This document shows, in pieces, positions 32,390-45,600 of a stretch of 64,000 nt of DNA. A program made the translations under genes and the position numbers. Positions within the stretch are counted from its first letter, which is position 1; every line of letters starts with the position of its first letter. This DNA is from Fistulifera solaris (taxonomy: Eukaryota). The stretch is from the NCBI GenBank assembly GCA_030295235.1, contig AP026134.1, forward strand, positions 186,001 through 250,000. Reading direction: 5' to 3'. The notes beneath the pieces are model-generated. The model had not been told where the DNA came from and ran no database searches. It was given only the letters and a program-made list of their open reading frames with translations.

Positions 32390-34279
32390 ATGACGGATAG
32401 ACTGCCCGGATGGCCCCTGTTTCTGTTGTTGTGCGTGTTTCGTATATTCAATGTATCTTGGATTGAAAGTTATTTCGATCCGGACGAATTCTGGCAAACC
32501 CTGGAACCAGCGTATTGTACCGTCTTTCAATCCCCGTGCGTTTGGACGTGGGAATGGACTCGTCGTCCTGTGAGCGAAATGAATCTGATCGAAAGTAGTC
32601 TGTGGGGTCCGGCGCGGAGTTTCGTGTCGGTGGTTCCGACCATTGTCTTTTATCGAATCCTGCAATTTCTGGGCGTGCACAGTCATTACTGGATTTCCCG
32701 TGGACCTCTGATTTGGAATGCAGTTCTCGTGGCGGCGCCGACAGATTGGGCGATTGCTTATACAGGGGTCTGGTTGTGGGGCAACTATTGGGCCTTGTTG
32801 GCGACTTTGATTTCGTGGTTTCAAGCGTATTCGTTAATACGGACCTTTGCGAACAGTCAAGAAACCATGCTACTCAGTGTGGCAGTGGCGTTGGTGTGTC
32901 CGGAATTGTTTGGCAAAACCGCCGGGGGATTTCAAAGGCGGTCTTCGTTGGCGTTTCTGTTGGGGGGTCTTTCGGTCGCCATTCGATTCACCTCATTGGC
33001 AGCCTTTGTTCCGCTCGGTGTCCTTTTGGCACTGCAACAAACATCCTTCCAGTCGAAAATTATCGTTTTGTTCATGCCCTGTGCTTTTTGGGGAGTCCTG
33101 GGTCTGCTGGTGGGCTTGGTAATCGATCGTTGTTTTTACGGTTTCTGGACCATTCCATTTTTGGGTAATTTTCATTTCAATGTCATTTTGGATCATGCTA
33201 GCTTGTATGGATCACACCCATGGCATTGGTATTTCACGATGGGTTTGCCGGTCGTTGCGGGACTTTTGTTGCCCATGATACTCTTCATGAAGACGGGTGT
33301 ACCGGCTGCTCGCCCCAGCGTGCCGTCTCCACGCAACACGACGAATACTGCTGAACCGGTGAATTCAGAAGGGGATCCGGTAGATACACTGAAAGAACTA
33401 GAAAAGCTACATAAACAACTGGAGCGTGAAAAGCAGGAAGTGGAAGAGCGTCTCCGTTCTCTGGAAGCTCATCGCATCATGGTACAGAATGCCGACTCGA
33501 GACAACGTATGGCCGTCCGAAGTTTATGGATTATTATGCTTTCCTATCTGGCTATTATGTCTCTGAATGACCACAAAGAATTTCGTTACATACACCCGGT
33601 CTTGCCTCTGGTGTGTTTGCTGTCCGCTCCCTACATTCAGCAACTGGTGGTCGATTTTGGGTCTCGCACGATTCGTCAGTCGGCTATTCTACTTTTGGTG
33701 ATTCCTAATCTGCTCGCAGTCCTTTATTTAGGCCGTTTTCACCAATCGGGTCCAATTCACGTCAACAAAGCTATCCTTGAGGCTGCGTTGAAAGTACCCA
33801 GTCAAGCACCTTTCTCGATTCATTATTTGACGGGAGCCTGTCACTCGACTCCACTCTATAGTTATCTGCACTCGCCGCAAGTGCAATTTGATACCTGGAC
33901 GTTGGACTGTTCACCTTCGTGTCGTGCGGACCCCTCCCAGATTTGTGAATATGAGCGATTCGATCGCGATCCCGAAGCCTTTGTCGACGAAGCCTACCAA
34001 TTAACGGCATGTCAAATGCGAGAGGATGAAACGTGCGAGAAGGTGGACAAGATTCCCGACTTTATCGTCACATTTACACGGTATGCCGAAGACTTGCACT
34101 TGTCATCGTTAGGACTTCATGCCATGGCACGATTCCCCCATCATTTGAAAGGTGTGCAATTGGGTGGTTGGAGGTTCGGCGATACGGAACCTAAATGGGC
34201 TCGCTATTTGCTCACGGATTGGTTGCATCTGTCGGTCGAAGAGATGGTAGTTTATGCTGGAGGAAAGTTTGCATCCTAG
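32390..34279 (+). CDS. PIGB: GPI mannosyltransferase 3 (GT22)
   Basis: SYFDPDEFWQTLEPA, TWEW, RTFANSQE, YGSHPWHWYFT, HKEFRYIHP and CHSTPLYS. Confidence 0.93.
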   Translation: MTDRLPGWPLFLLLCVFRIFNVSWIESYFDPDEFWQTLEPAYCTVFQSPCVWTWEWTRRPVSEMNLIESSLWGPARSFVSVVPTIVFYRILQFLGVHSHYWISRGPLIWNAVLVAAPTDWAIAYTGVWLWGNYWALLATLISWFQAYSLIRTFANSQETMLLSVAVALVCPELFGKTAGGFQRRSSLAFLLGGLSVAIRFTSLAAFVPLGVLLALQQTSFQSKIIVLFMPCAFWGVLGLLVGLVIDRCFYGFWTIPFLGNFHFNVILDHASLYGSHPWHWYFTMGLPVVAGLLLPMILFMKTGVPAARPSVPSPRNTTNTAEPVNSEGDPVDTLKELEKLHKQLEREKQEVEERLRSLEAHRIMVQNADSRQRMAVRSLWIIMLSYLAIMSLNDHKEFRYIHPVLPLVCLLSAPYIQQLVVDFGSRTIRQSAILLLVIPNLLAVLYLGRFHQSGPIHVNKAILEAALKVPSQAPFSIHYLTGACHSTPLYSYLHSPQVQFDTWTLDCSPSCRADPSQICEYERFDRDPEAFVDEAYQLTACQMREDETCEKVDKIPDFIVTFTRYAEDLHLSSLGLHAMARFPHHLKGVQLGGWRFGDTEPKWARYLLTDWLHLSVEEMVVYAGGKFAS

Positions 34280-34477
34280 TTTTGCGCTGACGGTGGCGTC
34301 ATTCATTCTACACTGATAGATAGCTACATATAGATAGGTTTGTCAATGCAAGTATTTGTTCGTTGGCCCTTTCCAGCTTGACTAGCAAACAGACAGAATA
34401 AACAGTCTTTTGACAAAACACATGTCGCTCCTCCGATAAGTTCAGGACATACTATTTTTTTAGTGAATGAAAAAAGT

Positions 34478-35070
34478 TTATTCGCGACTCGATTGGTTCA
34501 CCGCAACTCCATTCAAACTTCCAAAGCCCAGACTTTCCAACATATCTCGGGTATCCGGATCAATCTGGATGGTCTCCGCCTCCAAGGCCGACACTTCGGG
34601 CACGAAATCCAATCGTCGCTCCCGCTCTTCTTCTTGCAATTTGAGAGAAATACCACGAACCGGTCCCTTGGCAATTCGGCGCATCAAATGCGTGGTGTAA
34701 CCAGCAATCTTGTTGCGCATGCGCTTGGAAGGCAAGATGGCCACATCATCGACAACGCGCTTGTTGGAGTGAAAGTCGAGCGTCAAACGCGTGTAATACT
34801 TTTCGACAATCGTACGAGCCGATCGCTTGACAGTTTTAGTACGAACACCCTGTGTGAAGAAAAGAAGGAATCATTAGAAGACAGAGTTAAAAGTAGAAGC
34901 AATGCTTTTTCTCGTGTAAAATAAAATTACAGCCAGTGCAACTGTAAGAACCAACTCCATTAGACAAAAGGAGTGTCCTTCCTTTCTATTTGATACGCTC
35001 CTTCAAACGCACTATGCTGCTACGAAATAATCCTCCCTGTTTTCTTTTCATTCCGCATCTTACATACCAT
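34478..35070 (-). CDS. RPS17: 40S ribosomal protein S17; ATG-only first exon, intron 35067-34850
   Basis: VRTKTVK..., [21 protein letters not shown] and [18 protein letters not shown]. Splice sites are ATG|GTATGT and CAG|GGT. Confidence 0.95.
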
Positions 35071-35353
35071 TGTTGTTGATTTATTATTCGGCTTTACAAC
35101 GAATTTCTCGTACACTTTTAGCCTTGCAACAACGTTGCCCGCAAGTGAGCGCTGCGGCGTTTTTAGTAAATCGGTAAACTTCATACACGAGGAGTCACGA
35201 ATGAGATGACCGGACAGACGACTTCCCGGCGCGATTTTTTTAGATTGACTCCTCCTCCTCAACACTATCAAATCATGTGCAGATCACTCGGTACTGGAAG
35301 TACATTCTTTACGAGAAGCCATATTCATACGGTACTGATGCAAAACCTGAACT

Positions 35354-37204
35354 TTGTTCGAACATCATCCTCGTTGTTCCTTCCTACATTTTCGTTACTA
35401 CTATTATCACTTCATTTCATTCATTCACAACCTTTCACGTCTGGAGGACTATTATTTATTCAATACAAGATCCGCAAGACGCATTTTTTTCTCATATCTA
35501 GAGAAGAAACCGCACGAATCATCAATGACGCTGGCACTGCATACCGAGGAGTGTCAACTGCTGTTGCAGCAAGCATTGGAGGTTGCCGCATTAGGAGATT
35601 CGACCGTTCCGAAACATCCGAAAAGTCGTTATGCCGATTCCTCTTCGGACGACGAAGACATAGAAGATTCTTCTTCCTCGTCTGAGGAGGACTTGGGTGA
35701 TACGAAAGAAGCCGACACACCAGAAACGGAGCCGCCAAATCTAGTTGTTGAACATGTTCCGCAAAGACCCCAACGAGAAAAGAAAAAGAAGAAACACACC
35801 AATCTCGAAATGAGTCAGCGACAGCGCGAGCAAATTATTCAAAAGCATTTTGAGTCTCTTACTTGTGAATATTTCCCACTTTTCAACGACAAGCAACTGA
35901 AAATACCTTCGATTCTATTTCCCAAAGACGAGACAACAGTGTCATGGATTCACCACTTATCCCTTCAGTTGCAGGAGCAACCGGTCGTGGTTCTCGCGTT
36001 GCGTTCCGGCCGTTTTGCCGGTGCGGTTTTTTTAGAGGAAAAATGTGTCGTGCATACCACCAGTCAACGATACACCGTCCGCAAGGGACAGGGCAAGGCC
36101 CAGTCCTCACAAGACAATGCGGGAGCGGCACCGAAATCCATGGGAGCCCAATTACGGCGGCATGGAGAAATGCAATTGCAACAAGATATTGTGCAAACCT
36201 TTAAAAAATGGAAACATTATTTAGAGACGGCTGCTTTGATCTTGATTTCGTCTCCCAAAACCATGAAGCGACAACTGTTTGTCGAAGCGCTGCAATCGGA
36301 AGATCGACGTATCCGGAGGGTGCCATTGGATATGGGACGGCCCAGTTTTGAAGCAGTGTCGCTGATATACGCTATTTTGACACGAATCAAAGTAGAAGAC
36401 GCTCCATTGCCTTTGAGCAACCATTTGTCCGAGAAACCACTTGTGGATCACCCTGAGGAATGTGCGCCCGACAATATCGATGAAACAATAAGTATTTCAC
36501 CGCAAGTTGAAATAATTACGTTGACCCGATTGCATGAAGCGGCTCGGGATGGCAATGTCGAATTGTTGGAAGAGCTGCTGGAGGCGGAGTCCAGTGACGT
36601 GAATTCTGTGGCGGGAGAAGATCTCATGACTCCACTGCATTACGCGGCTCAATCAGACGCCCTAACGGCGTCCGCTTGCGTCGCGCTATTACTCGAAAAA
36701 GGCCGAGCGAATCCGTGTCAGTTGGATCGGCGAAATCGAGTTCCGTATTATTTGTCTTCTCACGATAAAGTACGAGATGCCTTTCGAATGTGTCGCGCAG
36801 CGTTGGGCGAAGAGTATTGCTCGTGGGATGCGGGGGCCAAAGTCGGCCCTCCCTTGACGGAAGACGACCTCCGTACCCGAAAAGAAAGGGAAGCCGAAAA
36901 GCGAAGGCGGAAAAAATCGAGGCAAAAAGAAAAAGCAAGCCAAAGAAAAGGCCCATGTGGCACAAGCGGAACAAGCTCGGCAGGAGGAGGAAGCAAGGCA
37001 AAAGAAGAGGAAGAAGCTAAACGCGTACGAGATGGATTGGCTCCGAAGAAAGGAGGTGCCAACGCATGTGATTTTGCCAAACCGTATGCCGAAAGAAAAA
37101 GTCAAATGTTTCAGCGCCTCACTTATTCATACTGTAGTACGGATTGTGTAAACAAGCATAAGCGCGAGCTCATGGCATCCGCTGCACTAGCGCGTTTCGG
37201 CTGA
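35354..37204 (+). CDS. ANKZF1: Vms1/ANKZF1-like protein (VLRF1 domain, ankyrin repeats, coiled coil, C-terminal treble clef); start uncertain
   Basis: SGRFAGAVF, RYTVRKGQGKAQSSQD, KSMGAQLRR, ankyrin LHEAARDG and TPLHYAA, and YCSTDCVNKH. Confidence 0.88.
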   Translation: MFEHHPRCSFLHFRYYYYHFISFIHNLSRLEDYYLFNTRSARRIFFSYLEKKPHESSMTLALHTEECQLLLQQALEVAALGDSTVPKHPKSRYADSSSDDEDIEDSSSSSEEDLGDTKEADTPETEPPNLVVEHVPQRPQREKKKKKHTNLEMSQRQREQIIQKHFESLTCEYFPLFNDKQLKIPSILFPKDETTVSWIHHLSLQLQEQPVVVLALRSGRFAGAVFLEEKCVVHTTSQRYTVRKGQGKAQSSQDNAGAAPKSMGAQLRRHGEMQLQQDIVQTFKKWKHYLETAALILISSPKTMKRQLFVEALQSEDRRIRRVPLDMGRPSFEAVSLIYAILTRIKVEDAPLPLSNHLSEKPLVDHPEECAPDNIDETISISPQVEIITLTRLHEAARDGNVELLEELLEAESSDVNSVAGEDLMTPLHYAAQSDALTASACVALLLEKGRANPCQLDRRNRVPYYLSSHDKVRDAFRMCRAALGEEYCSWDAGAKVGPPLTEDDLRTRKEREAEKRRRKKSRQKEKASQRKGPCGTSGTSSAGGGSKAKEEEEAKRVRDGLAPKKGGANACDFAKPYAERKSQMFQRLTYSYCSTDCVNKHKRELMASAALARFG

Positions 37205-37329
37205 TTCGATAAAAAATATAAAACTTTGGTTTGAACTAGATTGGACCACTCATATTTACAAGAAAAATTTCGTTTATGCTTTTTTATGATCAAGAGTAAA
37301 ATGCTGTCCCTTTATGTACAACTGCAACA

Positions 37330-38513
37330 TCATCCTATTACCTCGAAACTTCCATGATGCGATGAACTTGGCTGGTCGATGTAATTAGATGGAATACCAA
37401 CCATTTCGCATGATAAATTCCAAAGTTGAGTCCTCTGTTCTGGCTCGGCGACATCATCGCTGATCGGTACGGGGCAAAACTCATCACCGTACGCAGCCTT
37501 GGATGCAGCGAATGACTCGGCGTCTCTCCAGTACAAGCCACCATCACGACCAGCTTCGTCGGAAATTGCCATAAAAACTAAGGCCCCAGCACCCCAAAAG
37601 ACTGTCTTTTGTCTTCGAAGAGCATCCGCATTATGAACAGCTATTAACTGTTCAACACCGTCTGGTTGGTGCCGGAACAAGCCAGACATGAGCATCAGAC
37701 CCGGTGAAAAACACGTCGCAATTACTCCCGAACTTCTTAGTTTTTCATTCAACTCGCGGCAGATAGCAACATTACAAAGTTTCGACAAAGAATACACCTT
37801 TTTATAATGATAATCCGATCCATCCATCATGTCGAAGCCTTTGATGATTGCTCCAGTCGTTGGGTCCGCCATACCTGTCATATCCAGCTTGCAGCTCGTA
37901 TGAAGACCACTCGTTGAAAAGATTATGCGACCACCAGGATTCATCAAGTCATGTGTTAAGTTAGTTATCAGGAATGGCGCAAGGTGGTTCGTTTGAAATG
38001 TCACTTCCAATCCATCTTTCGTGAATTGAGGCAGTGATTCTGGAGCCTGCAGAACGGCCGCGTTCAAGCAGAGTACGTCAATGCCATTGAATGCCCATTT
38101 ACTCGGGTGATATGTTTCGTCAAGTTGCCGTCTTAATTCTGCGTTGAACTGTCTGATACTTTCAAAGGAACAGTGATCGCAAGCAAGAGGTATCCAGTTG
38201 CAACGATATTGACTCGCATCCGCGAAAACGGAAGCCACGGATTCTTTGGCGGCCTTGGCCTTTTCTAGCGTCCGACAAACAAGTACAATTCGATGAATTG
38301 GGTTGATAATAGCAAGTAACTTTGCCGCTTCCAATCCGATTCCACTGCAAAGGCAGCATAGTATTAGATTCCGAAAGAAAAGTTATGATATTCTCGCAAG
38401 AAAGAACGCACATACCTACTGGCGCCTGTGATTACTATGGTCAGGCCGGGGTTGGTTGAACGCCTCTCTCGTAATCTGCATGCTAGCGCCTGTAGTTCTT
38501 GCATGGTTGCCAT
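37330..38513 (-). CDS. Short-chain dehydrogenase/reductase (retinol-DH/POR-like clade); intron 38415-38345
   Basis: TGASSGIG restored by splicing, then DVLCLNAA, FQTNHLAPF and the YSLSK catalytic motif. Confidence 0.88.
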
Positions 38514-39207
38514 GAATTGTGATTAGAAAATGCCGATGATGTACCATTGTAATGTCCCTCGGCGAAGTGCTGACTCTGTCGGCATTTCGTGGCTGACTCC
38601 ATGCAAGAGAAAAAAGCGGCTGGTTTTTGCCTGCGTCACATTTTGTCCGCTCTGCAAGCTGTTTTTCAGCAAAATGTTGCCCACATCACTCAACTGCTTA
38701 CGACTACTGCAATACCACGTCCGGTTTTCTTGCTGTGACTGTGCTGTTTATTGTGTCGTTTTTCGGGGAGCCTGACTCAGGTACCGGATACATATTTCTG
38801 CAAAGGACAGTACTCTTTGTGAGTACACAATAATTTGCTTGTGTGTTGTGTGGTACTCCGACAGAATATTTCTGGGTCTTTCACCTGACGCACTACAGAC
38901 CCGTCTGACCGAGCACCTACCGTACCTAACCTCGCTGACGATCTAGGTCATGGTGAGTCACGATTGAGAGAATGATTCAGCCCACGGGACAACTGGCGAT
39001 TACGATGATTCAGTTACAGTTACGGTCTTCTGACGCAAAAACAATCGAAAATGGATTGGAATAGTACGGACTCAGCCATGCCGCAGATTCTTTAAGCGCT
39101 AGCGCAGTTCGGAGGATTCAATCAACCTGTCGTCGTGGCAACGTCAACTGAAAGCATTGCAATCGTTAAGGATAACAATTAAAGCCTCACAACTCCAAAA
39201 TCTGAGT

Positions 39208-40223
39208 TTATCGTTTCCCTACATTCAATGCGTACATACACACATCTTTTCGCGGTTGTACAAAATTCATCGGAAACACAATCGGCAATTTGGCACAATA
39301 ATCCCCATCCGCGACTACTTTGCACTCTATCCCTTTTCCTTTCAATTCGTCTTGTAGTACAGCGAATGTTTCTTGTCTCCTCATCGTTGATGCCAAAAGA
39401 ATTGTTTTCGAATCATCTTTGACATCTGAAAAGAATCGTTGAAATGTTTTCACGAGAGAAGGAATGGCCCACACATCGTAAACGACATCGGCCGCTATCA
39501 ACAAATTCGCTTGTGCTATCCTTTCGCAGCTTTCTTGCAACCGCGGGTCGGCCTTTTCTTGATAATTACCAAAGGCTTCCCATTCCAAATAGCCACACGA
39601 GATACAGTCTAGTTGGTTCCGTTCGATATTGTGCTGCAGATTCTGCAAACACATTTCGGTAAAATCGGTACAATAGACCTGTGTCGCGGGACCCGCCGCC
39701 ACGACCAGACTGGTCAAACCGACACCGGCGCCCAATTCGACGACCTTCCGTTGGGCCACCCATTCGGGATGTTGGAGCAAAATTCAGCCAACGCCGCACC
39801 CGCTTCCCAAATCCGCAGTGCTACATCATTGTGGTAAGGATAGATCCGGACGGTGAGTTGTTTTTGTTGAGTAGGAATGAAAAATTTCAAATAACAGGAT
39901 TGATGTGGATCGGGTATTTCGTGATGGCGTTGTTGGAGTACTTGTAACAGCAGATTCCAGAGTGCTTCGGATTGCACATTGTGTTCACCCAGTTGACGGA
40001 TATAGTTCCGTACAAGGGAACACAAAAATCGCCTCGATGGACCGGCTTTCCAATACTGCTGTATTGTATTGGCGAACGATGTTTGTTCCTCTTCCGATGC
40101 ATCTTTCGTTCGATCCAAAATGTCGTTCTCCGAAGCCATGCAAGCAATTAACTGAGAAACGGTGAATGGGCATTCGTGTTGCGAGCATTCCGTCGTGTCT
40201 GAAGTCGTAAACTGGAGAGTCAT
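39208..40223 (-). CDS. Methyltransf_16-family protein-lysine methyltransferase (FAM86/EEF2KMT-like; indel near 39775)
   Basis: LRIWEAGAALAEF, VVELGAGVGL, TDF and LLIAADVVYD. Confidence 0.82.
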
Positions 40224-40766
40224 GGAAATGACGAATAATAGTAAAAGGAAATGAAGAAAAGGAAAGGAAGGATCGTGGAATAAAGTGTTTCGTATGTTTG
40301 CATTTTTGCACTTATGTGTGTTTTTCGTTTCCGGTGTTTCGTTTGGTTTTTGAGCGTACTTTGTAGTTGGAGGCGACGGACAGGGTGTGGATTTCGGACG
40401 ACCCTCTACTTCTTTGTATCTATAAGCGGATTCACGAATTCGCAGTCTTGTTTGAATCATTCTGTCTGTCGTCTGTCTTTACACCTTCACCGCAAATTCC
40501 CTATGTCTCAATAATAATAAACCTCCAAACTCCAAACTCCAAACGACGACATCAAGATGCGTCAGTGATGCTGGTTGATTTTCTGTTGATAGTTGATACT
40601 GAAGTAATAAGATCTGTCTATCCAAAATTACCAGCCTCAACATCCCGCTCTTGGTTGTACCTCACTGTTGTTGAAAGGGGGTGGTCGATATAGATAGCGC
40701 GAAAAACTTATTTTGCAGCAGCGCGTCTAAAATACTTCGTTTCTTCTTCTTGTTGAACGTTTCGCA

Positions 40767-42568
40767 ATGTATCTCTACTACCCGAGGAGTGCCGTCATGC
40801 TCCTCTGTTTCTTCACGCGATCTTCCTTCGGATTTGTCGCTCGTTCTGGAACGAAAGGATGGCGTTCGTTGGCTTCCGCGACGACAGAGACAGCCCCCAC
40901 CGTTAAAGAGTTGCCCGTCAATTACAGTATGGAAGAAATTGTGTCACTCTGCAAGCGCCGCGGTATCATCTTTCCTTCTTCGGAAATTTACAATGGTTAT
41001 GCCGGATTTTATGACTACGGTCCGTTGGGATGTGAACTCAAAAGAATGTCAAAGATGCTTGGTGGAGATTCTTTGTGACCAGTCGGGAAGATGTCGTGGG
41101 GTTGGACAGCAGTATCATTCATAATCCGGCCACTTGGAAGTCCAGCGGTAAGTTCGATGGTCCGTTGATCGTCTCAGAAAAGGAAAATGGCGCTAATGTT
41201 TTACCGCTCAGGTCATGTGGATGGGTTTTCGGATCCCATGGTAGATTGCAAAGAAACGAAATTACGATTCCGCGCCGACCAATTGTTCTTTTCGCCCGTC
41301 ATCAATGAACAAAATGAGATTTTAGGCTATGCTTGTGTTCAAGAGAATACAGACGAACAAATGGTCAAAGATGCCAAAAAGCAAGTCAAGGACTTGCTCA
41401 AAACATTGGATAAGGCCGGTGAAGCCATTCAGGCTTTTTCGTTCAAAGAAGTCAACGAAGCAACCGAAGAGGAAATGAAGCAAATTCCTTCCCCGGCTTC
41501 GGGAAAGCCAACACTTACCATGCCACGTGCGTTCAATTTGATGTTCCAAACGCAAGTGGGAGCCTTGTCGGATGAGTCGTCAACGGCGTATTTACGCCCG
41601 GAGACGGCGCAGGGAATTTTTCTCAATTTCAAAAATGTCCTGACCACCAGCCGACAAAAGATACCCTTTGGTATTGCGCAAATTGGAAAAGCCTTTCGAA
41701 ATGAAATTACGCCGCGTAACTTTATTTTCCGAAGCCGTGAATTTGAACAGATGGAAGTCGAATACTTTATTCCACCGGGCGATGATGTGTGGCCGGAGTT
41801 TCATCAAAAGTGGATGGACGATTCGCGGGAATTCCTGCTGTCAATTGGTCTACGGGAAGACTTAATGGGGTGGGATGTTCACAAAGGCGACAAGCTAGCT
41901 CATTATGCTCAGGCTTGTACCGATATTACATTTAAGTTTCCGTTCGGTGAGCAGGAACTTATGGGTATTGCGGCGCGTGGTAACTACGATTTGACCCAGC
42001 ATACCGAAGGTTCCGGAAAAAGTAAGTTCATGTTTGAGTGAAGTTTCGCTATTATGGATTTTTGAGAAAACGCTAATACATTCCGGTACGGTCCAAAGGT
42101 CTTGACTACTTCGACGAGCAGACTAAGGAAAAATACATTCCGCACTGTATTGAACCATCTCTTGGTGTGGATCGTTTGATGCTAGCCTTGATCTGCTCAG
42201 CATACGCAGAAGATGAAGTTGGTGGCGAGAAACGCAGTTTACTCAAATTCGATCCGAAGGTGGCACCCATCAAAGTTGCCGTTCTGCCGCTCGTAAAGAA
42301 CAAAGAAGCCTTAGTCTCGGTGGCCCGCGAACTTTTTGATAAGCTTCGTGTTCGATGGAACTGCCAGTGGGATGCCACTGGTGCTATTGGACGAAGATAC
42401 CGTCGTGCGGACGAAGTAGGCACTCCTTTCTGCATTACAGTTGATTTTGATACAATTGAGAAAGATAACTCTGTAACGATCCGCGACCGTGACACAACGG
42501 AGCAGGTTCGAATTCCAATGGACGAGGTGGTATCGTATCTAAGTAAGCAAATTGATGGGTACGCGTAA
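40767..42568 (+). CDS. Glycyl-tRNA synthetase (homodimeric class II, probably organellar); two introns and one indel near 41040
   Basis: [51 protein letters not shown] and [14 protein letters not shown]. The N-terminus resembles a targeting peptide. Confidence 0.93.
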
Positions 42569-42684
42569 GAACTATGTCAAACAACGCATTTTTAAATAGG
42601 CACTGGCCTTTCACTACAAAGGAACACGGTGTTTTTTAGTTATGTAATCACGAAATGCTATTGAACATGGAGTATTGTGTATAA

Positions 42685-45600
42685 CTAGTTTGTGGAGCGC
42701 TCAATCATTTCCATATCATATGCAGTCTTTGCTAGGCCATCGATCAGCTCACGCAAATCAGTGTCGATGGGGCCGTTTCCCTTTCCAATTTGTTCTTTGT
42801 ATCTTCAATGCGGCCCATCAAAGCATCTAAAGCTTCGGATTCTAGCGACACCACGCCACTACTAGATCCTTGAAGCTCTTCAAATGACAGCTCGTGAAGA
42901 GCAATGGCATCTTCACAAGTACCAGACCCCACTGATCTAGTTGAGCGGGGAGGCCAAAACCGCTTTGCGCTAGTTTTCGTATGGCTTTTGCTGGAGGGAA
43001 GACTTGTGCTGTGATTCGTGTTAGCCGACCTTTTCATATCGTGCACTGCACCAAATCTGTCTGCTCCGCTGAATGGATGTTCATTGAACGTGGATACCGA
43101 AATAGTATCTTTCGAAGCACAATACATGAGCCCGCTTCCTTTTGGACGTGGTGCCGTTTCAGGAGTGATTGGTGGACGGGGACCGCATTGGTGAAAGCTC
43201 TGTGGTGAATGAATACCGGGAACTTTTGCATATTCCATACCAGGCGAAGGCTGAGGCTTTCTCACACCAAGTAACGAACACTCCTCAAAATCCGGGGCTG
43301 TTTTTGCTGCCTCAATAAGGTCCCGAAGGCTTTCTTCGTCACCAAAGTCGAAAGTATTGGGTATCTCGAGAGTCAAAATACCAGAGCGTTTCGGTGATAG
43401 CGGCGCTGGTGTGACCAGATTTTCTTCGTCGTCGCTTTCTAACTGCGCTTCTTCTTGCTTCAAATAAGAAGGTTTTTGTTCTTCTGGCTCGCGTCTGTCC
43501 TTTCTGGTGTAACAAGCACCAATCGATGCCTGAGGGTCTCGATTTTTCGCACTTGATTCTTTCTGGTAGTCAGGAATCTCGATGGATCGTCGAGTTAAGG
43601 AGTGAAGAGGGCAATAGAAAGAACCTTCGTGTGCCTCCGGGGGGTCGCTTCTCAGCGGAGTATATGATGAATTACATGCCTTTGTTTCACTCTCTGTTTC
43701 AGAGCCAGCTTGCTGTACTACATCAGCATAGCCAGTTTTTGGAGCGTCTTTACATATGACTGGTGCCTCTTTACTCGCCGTGGGTTCTATTTTGTTCGTG
43801 TTTTCAATGACTATTTCTTTTCTCTTTCCAACTACACCGCATAAAACACAGATTTCGTCCTTTTGTTTCTTGTTGGTCATTAGTGGCATCACGCAGTATG
43901 GGCATGCCTTGTCCAGAAGCGTCCATCCTTTCAACAGCCTTTTGCCCACTTCTTTGCTAACAAGCTTTCTTTTTGATTCGAAGTCGCTTTCGGCTTCGTT
44001 TCTAAAAATGTGCGAGTCTGATTGGACCTTATCAGAACTTTGGCTCTCTTTGGGCTTATTCAAATGATACTCAGGGTCAGGAAAGCCTTTCTTACTTGAA
44101 ACACTGCCTTCATTTTGACGATAAATTCCGTCAAACCCTGTACCAGTTCCAGCGCATACCATGCACTCATTTTGTGTTCCGTTGGTGATGAGAGGAAAAC
44201 CATAACAATCTTTCCCGGCACACAATGTTCCTGTCTCCTTCCATCCTTTCAACAAACGCCTAGCCTTTGCTAGTCTTCCTTCAGAACGCAATAATTCCCA
44301 TTGTTCCGCGTGAAGCACTTCAGCAGCTGTATCGTATGATCTGACAGACTCGACCCTATCAAGTTGACAATTGCTATCATGGCTCTTAGATAGCTCTGGC
44401 TCGAGCAAGTTTTCGTTTCGTGTTACTTTGACTTTGTCCAGGACTTCTCGGGCCTTTTCCATGGCTTCTCGGGCTTCTTTCTTCATATCTGTTGCTGCGC
44501 GTTTCTTCTCAAGTTGCTCTTCGATATCAGCAGCTTTCTTATCGACAATTTGATTAGACTTATCGCCTTCATTCTCATTATTTTGCGTTTCCAATGCAGC
44601 TCGCCTTCTTAGGATAGGACAAACGACGCAGGTGATTTTCTTGTCAAAGTCCATCATTGGCATTTCACATGTTTCACAAATATCTTCTTTCAACGTGTAC
44701 CCTTGAAGCATCATTGCGCCAAGTGCTTTCGTGGCTATTTCTCGACTGTGGCAAAAACGAGCCTGTTAGACGTTGCAAGAATATTGAATACGACAATACA
44801 AATGCATCTACTCACCGCACACTGTATTCCGGGATATCGAAGTCGTTTCCTCCCTCTGAACTACTGGCGTCACTTTGAGAGCTGTTAGACGAGGACGAAG
44901 GTGCTCTGAAATTTCTGGCATTCTCCGTAATCTCGACCACTTGTACTTGAACACTTGCTGTGGCTCTTGTCGATTTGAATTCTTCATTGGACGCTGCTTG
45001 GCCTTCACAGTGAATGAGTTCGATCGTTTCAACCGTTTTTAGTCCACCCACTGGTTCTTCTTTCGATCCGAACAATTGATCGATGTCGTCGTCCTCGGTA
45101 TGGGTAGCACCAAGAAGATCCATTTCATCCATTGTGTTATGGACCTCACGCGTTTCCTCCGGCTCTTTACGTTCCACATCGTCAACGCGAGCTTCGTCTT
45201 CGGAGGGCAAACACGCATTGCATGGAGAGATCTCATGTTCCGTCAAGAACCTGAGTGGGGAATTTGGCGCTGTATTACTGTCACTCTCTCTGACAGTACT
45301 TGGCGTTATCGTCAAATAAAGATTATCTTCGTCTGGAATCAACGCCATCTCCACTTCTTCCGTCGATAAATTCGATGCCGCTTGGAAGTACTCAATCATG
45401 AGCTCATGTTCCTCCTTCAATTTGGGTGACGCGGGCCAGGCCTTGTTGTTATTCCGTTTGAGCTTAATGTTACTCGGTGTAGCAACAAGAATTGCTCCTT
45501 TGTGGGCAATGCGAGTATGACCCGACGCCCCAAGCTGAATCAACGTTTGAACTTGTTCGGCATTGCAGACCACGTGCGCCTTGCATCCGAAGCAGAATGG

